From Catajapyx aquilonaris (Eukaryota): a DNA stretch of 25,910 bases. Numbering within the stretch: position 1 is the first letter of the stretch; each line of letters opens with the position of its first letter. Below the pieces are notes generated by a model. That model saw only the letters and a list, made by a program, of their open reading frames with translations, was not told the DNA's origin and did not search any database. This document shows positions 12,640-25,910 of the stretch, piece by piece. The translations under genes and the position numbers were made by a program. The stretch spans positions 124,001-149,910 of the forward strand of contig KZ538031.1 of NCBI GenBank assembly GCA_000934665.2, read 5' to 3'.

Positions 12640-14273
12640 AGTGGGACAAAAAAAGTTTATTGTTGCAATTGTATACATTGGAAGCAAGTAATAATAACAA
12701 AAAAACACTGGAATGAACTTATTGATACACTGCTACATTATTTTTTTAGTACCGGTATGCAATGCAGTATTGAAAATACAATCTGCACATGATATATAAA
12801 ATGTTTGCTAATTACAGTGACTTCTCTTGATAGCAATACTTTCAATTATGAAAAAACCACACTCCATTTAACTAACTTACAACAAAGACGCGTCAGTCTC
12901 TTCAGTTTTGCTAACAAGAGATTTTGCACTGTGCGACTAAATTGCCTAACTTCCTCCATGCCAACACCCATCCCCTTGCAACAATGGATTGCAAAAATAC
13001 TCCTTTCCAGACACAACTATAGAGAATAGCACACAAGTTCCTCGTAAACTACCAATTCCCCCCGTCAATACAACAAATAAGAAAGAAAAAAATAACCTTC
13101 TCAAAAAACCCCCACACGCAGATATTATTTTCTTCTTTTTTTTTCTCTTTAAATCATGGTATTCCTATGTACATTTTCAGCACATTTTTCGGTAAACTTT
13201 CGCTACCATCATTTTGTGCTCATGGGCAGTTTTGAGCTGGCTCTGAGCTCTCGACAGCTCATGGGCAGTGAATTAGCTCATGAGAACTCCTTTTCTCAAA
13301 ATACTGTGACTTTCCCCACAATACGAATTTTCCAGGGGGGGAAAAAACGGTGCCGGATTGTCGTGAACAAAAACAAATTCCTGCAGTTAATACCAGGTGC
13401 ATCGAATTCGGCACACAATTCTTTAAACACTAATACAAAAAAAATAGATTTGCACTGTTTAAATGAAAAGATTTCATTCCTGATCAATCGAACAGAGAGG
13501 CTCGCGTCAAAAATTTAAAACGTGAGCAATCACGTTAAAAAAGCAAATTGACCATCGAGACATGGTCCTCGATTACAAAATACTTGCACACCAGAAACCT
13601 TTTCATTTGCACAGCCCGTATTTAGTAAATAAATAATATCGAACTTATGTGAACATTTTTCTTATTTTCTTCAGAAAGGCAGGTTTTGATCTTGGAGATT
13701 TCTCAGTTGGGGAATAAGGGAAGGGGGAAAAAAAAGTAAATTTGCATACCTCTGACACATGAACTTCAAGTTTCCCGCTGCAAAAAGGAGACCGATTATT
13801 TTGCACATTTGCTTTCCATTATTTTCTCTTGAAGGAACTTGATGCAAAATAGAAGAGAATAAAATAACAATCAAACAGTATCCTCTTCCTTCTTTCGGGG
13901 GGGTATTTTTTTTTCTTCTGCAAAACCTCTCCCAAATCCAGCCATTTTGTCTTTCATATTCAGTGGTATGCTCTTATATAATTTTTCAAAACATCCTACA
14001 TATTTCTACACTGCCTATTCAGGTTATATGCTAAGTTATGACAAATTTGTTGCTTTTTTTATCCGCACCAACTCATTACCTTGCGGCATACTCACTTCAA
14101 AATCACCAACTTGAGGAAGTGATCACTCTTACATGTACAAAAAACATCTTTGGTATCACAACACTAATACAAATTGCTATTCTAAGGTATGTCTCGATAC
14201 ATTGAAACAAATTACGACTTACCTCGAGTTGTATACATGCATTTTTATCATGTGTCTTAACCTAATGATCCTG

Positions 14274-21320
<7,047 letters not shown>

Positions 21321-21623
21321 TTATTTTCCTGCGGAAGGTCATGCAATGAATGAAAAGGAACATCCAGAAATTCTGAAAGCAGTACCACCAGCGCAAGTAA
21401 AAGTGGTAGGGCTGTGCTCCCTGTAGCATTCAATAAATATGAACATTTATTTGGGACTAGACACAATTTTATAATCAGTCTTACTGTATAAACTATAGAC
21501 AATAGTTAGTTAATGTTTCTCAAATTTTTTAGACATGGCCGATGTATATGGTGCAAAGGTCTTTGCACCCTTTAAATTTTCAATGTTCACAGCCCAGCAC
21601 TGGAGATCATGTGGGTATGAACT

Positions 21624-24436
21624 GGGTGGTTCCATTTCATATCAGGCAGAGGCTGTCAGGGCTTGGTCTCCGATTATTATGGATAAATTACACAAAGTAC
21701 CGCTGTCGAAATGATGAAGAATGGCACTGGCTATTTTTCAGTGTCATTTTTTATTTGCCCTGAAAAAAATCATAACCACAGGGGTACCAAACCTGCTATT
21801 TCTGCAAGTTCATTTTTTCTCAACTTTGGATGCTTGTACCAATTTTCCCATACGTTACACAAAAGCCAAATTTGGAACGGAGCAACTGCCTATGTAGGTC
21901 TGAATTGTCAATATAAAATAATCGCGAAAGTATGATTGACAACTGAGGAACAAATTTGTAAAAATGCTATTTTACGACATTTTAGCAATTTTCGCAATTT
22001 TTTGTCTTTGCAAAAAAAATATTTGTAGGCAAATGAAACATATAGACTTTCAGTACAACTCATACCCTCTCTACTCATCAGCTTTGTTAAACTTCGAAGT
22101 CAAAGGTTGACAGTGGAGCCATTGTTGAACATTGTTAACTTCGCAAAACATGGTTTGGAAGAAAATAATTTTCTCCAAATACTAATGAGATAATTATTGA
22201 ACACCAATTTATTTCTGGACAGAGGAACATCTGAGCCACACACCAGTGCAAAAATTTCTCCATGGAGCCCACTGACCCAGTCCCATGACTCATAGCATCA
22301 TGTATGGTACATTTGGTTAGAACTTCTCTCCTACATGTAGGCTACATGTGATTGTATGATACCTTGAAACTTATATCTGATACTGGTTAATGCTATGTGA
22401 CGTCCGGTGAAGTCAAATCAGGCATAGAGGTATTTGCAAAGTTGTACTCACATTTTTCCAGAAGTCACACCAAATGTTGCGCTGTTCTTTGCAAAGTAAC
22501 CTTGCCACGTTTCATGTTCCAGTAATGGCTGGACTGTATACTATGAAACGGTTTCACTGTTTGCCATAGTTTCTCCCTAGTTTCACGAAATTGTGTGATT
22601 TTTTCGCTTGGCAAGTGCAGCAGGGTCACATTAGGGGGGTTCTGCTTCTTGAAAAGTTTGTATGTCTCTTGAATTGACTTTGTCATGTATCATTTTACTT
22701 TTTGCGTCTTTTCCCCGTTTTACATGGCACTGGTAACATCTTTCTTATTTGGACTCTGCCGGCTGCAGTCCAGGTGACCTTCCAGAAAGTAGTCTGTAGC
22801 TTTTTTGATGGCCTCATCACTCACTCTATGGCCCAGATACAGATCAGATGGAGCCCATACACCCTTTGCAATGCCATCTTCTTGGACTTGTCCACCATGT
22901 ACTTTGTGACACTAAAAGTTCTCATGGTGGTGTCCCTCGGCATGGTATTTGGGACAAGTGTTAACAGCTTAATTTTTTCACTGGTTGTTCGGCCTTTCGC
23001 AACTGCATCATACTTCACATTTTCCTGCCACAATTCACACTTTCCGCACTTCACATCACTATCCTTGGCACTAGAATCGCTTGACACATTGTATAACTCT
23101 TGGATTCTCTTCTTGGAACCTATTCTAACTTGTTAGATTTTCCTATTTGCATACGACTTCCTCCTGCCATGATGAATCATGCTGCGTGTCCTCAAAGGTG
23201 TTGCCGATAACTGCCGAACACTTTCATTCACACTAGCAACACATTCCCCCCGGGTGAGCTCAGGTATGAAAGGCTGGTCTGGTGAGGGGGTACTTGCACA
23301 TGGTTCTTCGTCTTCACTTGAAACATTTGTGAGTTTCTCGTAATACGCAAAGCACTTATAGCACAGACGATCATCACTATCCGCATCAGTGAAGCCAAGT
23401 TTTTTCAGTTTGCCTGTTAAATCTCCAACTGCTCTGAATACATTATGAGCTTTTTGGAAGATGACCTTCTTGTGGCGCTTGCCGTAGTCTGCACACCTGA
23501 CACGGTCACCACTCCAAATGTCCCTTGCCGCCATACTACAATGTGTGTGTGACACTGCACGAGATCCACAATGATACAATACTGAACAGCAAGCTACTTT
23601 TCTCAGGACTGACACTGGGGCGCCGATGAGTCGCTTGTTTACTACCTAGCAGTGCTAAAAGATGTCCCATGAAGAATTACTCTGAGCAGGTGTTCAACCT
23701 TGGCACTATGAGTCTTGGCCATCTGGCCATGAGTCAGTGGGGCCGAGTAAGTAATAAACTTCAAATCAGGATCATAAACCTGGGGAGGAGAGAAATTTTT
23801 GCACTGGTGTGTGGCTCAGATGTTCCTCTTCCCAGAAATAAATAGGTGTTCAACTGGGTATGTTGAGAAAATTATTTTCTTCCAAACCATGTTTTGCGAA
23901 GTTAATAATGTTCAACAATGGCTCCACAGTTAACTTTTGACTTCAAAGCTTAACAAAGGTGATGAGTAGAGAGGGTATGAGTTCTACTGAAAGTCTATAG
24001 GCGCATGTTACATTTGCCTACAAATATTTTTTTTGAAAAGGAAAAAAATTGCGAAGATTGCTAAAATGTCGTAAAACAGCATTTTTGCCAATTTTCTCCG
24101 CAGTTGTTAATCATACTTTTGCAATTATTTCATATTGACAATTCAGACCTACGTAGGCAGTTGCTCCATTCCAAATTTGGCTTTTGTGTAACTTATAGGA
24201 AAATTGGTGCAAGCGTCCAAAGTTGAGAAATAATGAACTTCAAGAAATAGCAGGTTTGGTACCCCTGTGGTTTTTTTTTTTTTTTTTTCAGGGGAAATAA
24301 AAAATGACACTGAAAAATAGCCAGTGTCATTCTTCATCATTTCGACAGCGGTATTTCGTGTAATTTATCCGTAATAATCGGAGACCAAGCCCTGACAACT
24401 TTTCTGGATCTGGCCTGATCTGAAATGGAATTGCTC
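21624..24436 (-). mobile_element. Sola2-like DNA transposon, internally deleted/non-autonomous, ~640-bp TIRs, 4-bp TSD
   Basis: Arms 21624-22260 and 23790-24436 are imperfect inverted repeats. Termini are GGGTGGTTCCATTTC and (reverse complement) GAGCAATTCCATTTC, i.e. 5'-GRG. AACT is duplicated at 21620-21623 and 24437-24440. GRG ends, a 4-bp TSD and long TIRs fit the Sola2 group. Confidence 0.85.
22465..23534 (-). pseudogene. Decayed Sola2-type transposase remnant lacking the catalytic core
   Basis: Reconstructed reading: MAARDIW..RCADYGKRH..RLCYKC (Cys/His cluster); in-frame TAA at 23135-23133; KIKLLTLVPNTMPRDTTMRTFSVTKYMVDKSKK (HTH-like); frameshift near 22865; GVWAP..DYFLEGHLDCSRQSPNKKD; stops near 22721 and 22690; KVK*YMTKSIQETYKLFKKQNP; then an abrupt jump to a C-terminal-like segment (KPFHSIQSSHYW). 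No DDE region is visible. Confidence 0.7.
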
Positions 24437-24511
24437 AACTGCAGTATGAAACCACCGTGCCAGAACACAGTTTCACAAATGCTTGCACTATAGCCTCGCC
24501 CAACTAAAATA

Positions 24512-24825
24512 CACTGTACTCCCGATTATCAGGGCTAATGACTAACTGCACAAGTGTCGCCAGATAATTGGAAAATAGTTATGGATAGCTTTAACATGAG
24601 TTATTCAAAGGTTTTTAATGAACTACTGTACATAGTGTACGCTGCTTTAAATACGGTTTAATAAAAATAATCAAACTTACCGTAGCTTTTTATAGTTTGT
24701 CTTCTAGAAAAGTATTATATTTTTTGTTTGCAAGCCATTTTCGAATTTTTTCGGGCTTTCAATTATTTAGTTTAGTTTTGGCAATTGCACAGATAGTCCG
24801 CACCCGAATAGTCAGGAGTACTGTG
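24512..24825. mobile_element. Degenerate Tc1/mariner/pogo-type MITE (~314 bp), TA flanks
   Basis: TA|CACTGTACTCCCGATTATCAGGG at the left and reverse complement TA|CACAGTACTCCTGACTATTCGGG at the right (18/23 identical); AT-rich non-coding interior. Confidence 0.65.
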
Positions 24826-25328
24826 TATGTAAATATTTTTCAAGTCTAGCATGGTTTGGACCTGCACTCACTTTGGCGCTAAATACATTGTAGGTCGCTT
24901 GCACATATTGCAACACACTAGGTTAAACCAGGTTAAACTCAATAAATCAATACTTTGCTGAAATACCCATAAGTTACATAATACATTATTGGGCGTGACA
25001 TAAGTGAGAAATGGCGGATCAGCAGCTTTATGAAGCCCTTCCTCTCCCTATGACTTTCATACGTATCAGATAGTTCGCAAAGCACTATTTGACTAGTGAC
25101 CATAGGCTAGCGCTTAAAATGACCATGCATGGTGCCAGTTGGCCATCTTCAAAAAATGGTCCAGACAAAGAGCATCCAAGCACACAAAGGGGCATGCCCA
25201 CAAAGGGTGATCAGAAGTTCTTTGACCCCACCCAACCCTTCCTAGTAAATGTCCATCAATTCAAAGCGACACTTATCGCTAATGACCACCAGGAATTACC
25301 TTTTCTCTCTCTCTTGGTCTATCAGTAC

Positions 25329-25790
25329 CCTTGACGTGTAGGGCTGTCCGGTGGCATGGTGTCCTGTCCGATCACATTTCCCTTCTGTTCCAGGCTGTAA
25401 TCATCTCCTTCCGACGGACAGAGGATGTTGCGGGCTAAGGAGGAGGAGAGAACGGGAGGCCGGAACGCCCCATATCCACCATATCGAATCGAACATAGAG
25501 GGGGCTTCAACTCTCGTCGAGGTGGGGCTGCCTGCTGGGTCACATCCCTCGCCCCCGTGCGCCGGCTTTGTGCCTTGATTTTACTGCCAGAATATGGGTT
25601 TCATTTTTTTGTCCCTCTGACCAACCTGTTCTTTTGTGTTGAAAGGTCTTTGCCAATTTTATTTTTTTGTCTTTTTTTTTTTTTGCAAACCGGACCGCGC
25701 CCCTTTCATGAGTCAATCCTGGTGAGGAGGAAGAGTCGCCATCTGTGGAGGACACAGCGAAACATTGCCTGTGGCGCTGTATTCGAACAG
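25329..25790 (-). promoter_or_regulatory. Probable CYFIP promoter / non-coding first exon
   Basis: GC/CpG-rich patch with a YY1-like AGATGGCGAC (minus strand, ~25736-25745) and a candidate donor AAGG|GTACTG at 25329. The CYFIP ATG exon has an acceptor only 17 nt upstream of the ATG (21329-21330), implying an upstream leader exon. Confidence 0.4.
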
Positions 25791-25814
25791 TCTGCAACTA
25801 TTAATTATTATTAA

Positions 25815-25910
25815 CTAGCAGCGGTACCCGTTCTTCGCACGGGAAAAAAAGAGCGTGGATAATTATACCGAAATCTTCTTAGATCTCAAGCAATATTAAA
25901 TGCAAAACTG
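25815..25910 (-). mobile_element. Helitron 3' terminus; element extends beyond the window
   Basis: The minus strand reads CCCGT-GCGAAGA-ACGGG (hairpin, 25843-25827), TACCGCTG, CTAG (25818-25815), then T: the canonical Helitron hairpin + CTRR|T end. Confidence 0.65.

Noticed and set aside
23133..23615. 160-aa ORF as an intact or domesticated zinc-finger gene
   Set aside because: It ends at a premature stop within a longer disrupted transposase-like frame inside the TIRs.
25322..25814. ORFs 25322-25543, 25425-25814 and 25540-25797 as proteins
   Set aside because: No recognisable homology, and homopolymer runs in the longer two; better explained as GC-rich promoter/leader sequence.

Overview
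Eukaryotic genomic DNA from a compact-intron animal, most likely an arthropod (inferred from the Sra-1/CYFIP insert type; species not determinable). Three conserved spliced genes are present. (1) The 5' part of cytoplasmic dynein-2 heavy chain (DYNC2H1/btv) lies on the minus strand, from ATG ~9925 off the left edge, with 22 exons traced. (2) WDR55 lies on the plus strand (~10808/10887-12639), head-to-head with the dynein. (3) A complete CYFIP/Sra-1 coding region lies on the minus strand (21311-14274), tail-to-tail with WDR55. Mobile DNA comprises a 306-bp MITE with perfect 29-bp TIRs in a dynein intron, a 2.8-kb Sola2-like element upstream of the CYFIP ATG (~640-bp TIRs, AACT TSD, decayed and internally deleted transposase), an old TA-flanked MITE, and a Helitron 3' end at the right edge. 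I see no evidence of a wholly new system. The most interesting unexplained signals are candidate alternative exons in CYFIP, especially a 67+23-nt exon pair that keeps the frame only when both are included, and the long fold-back transposon. All exon coordinates were derived by eye from GT/AG sites and frame continuity.
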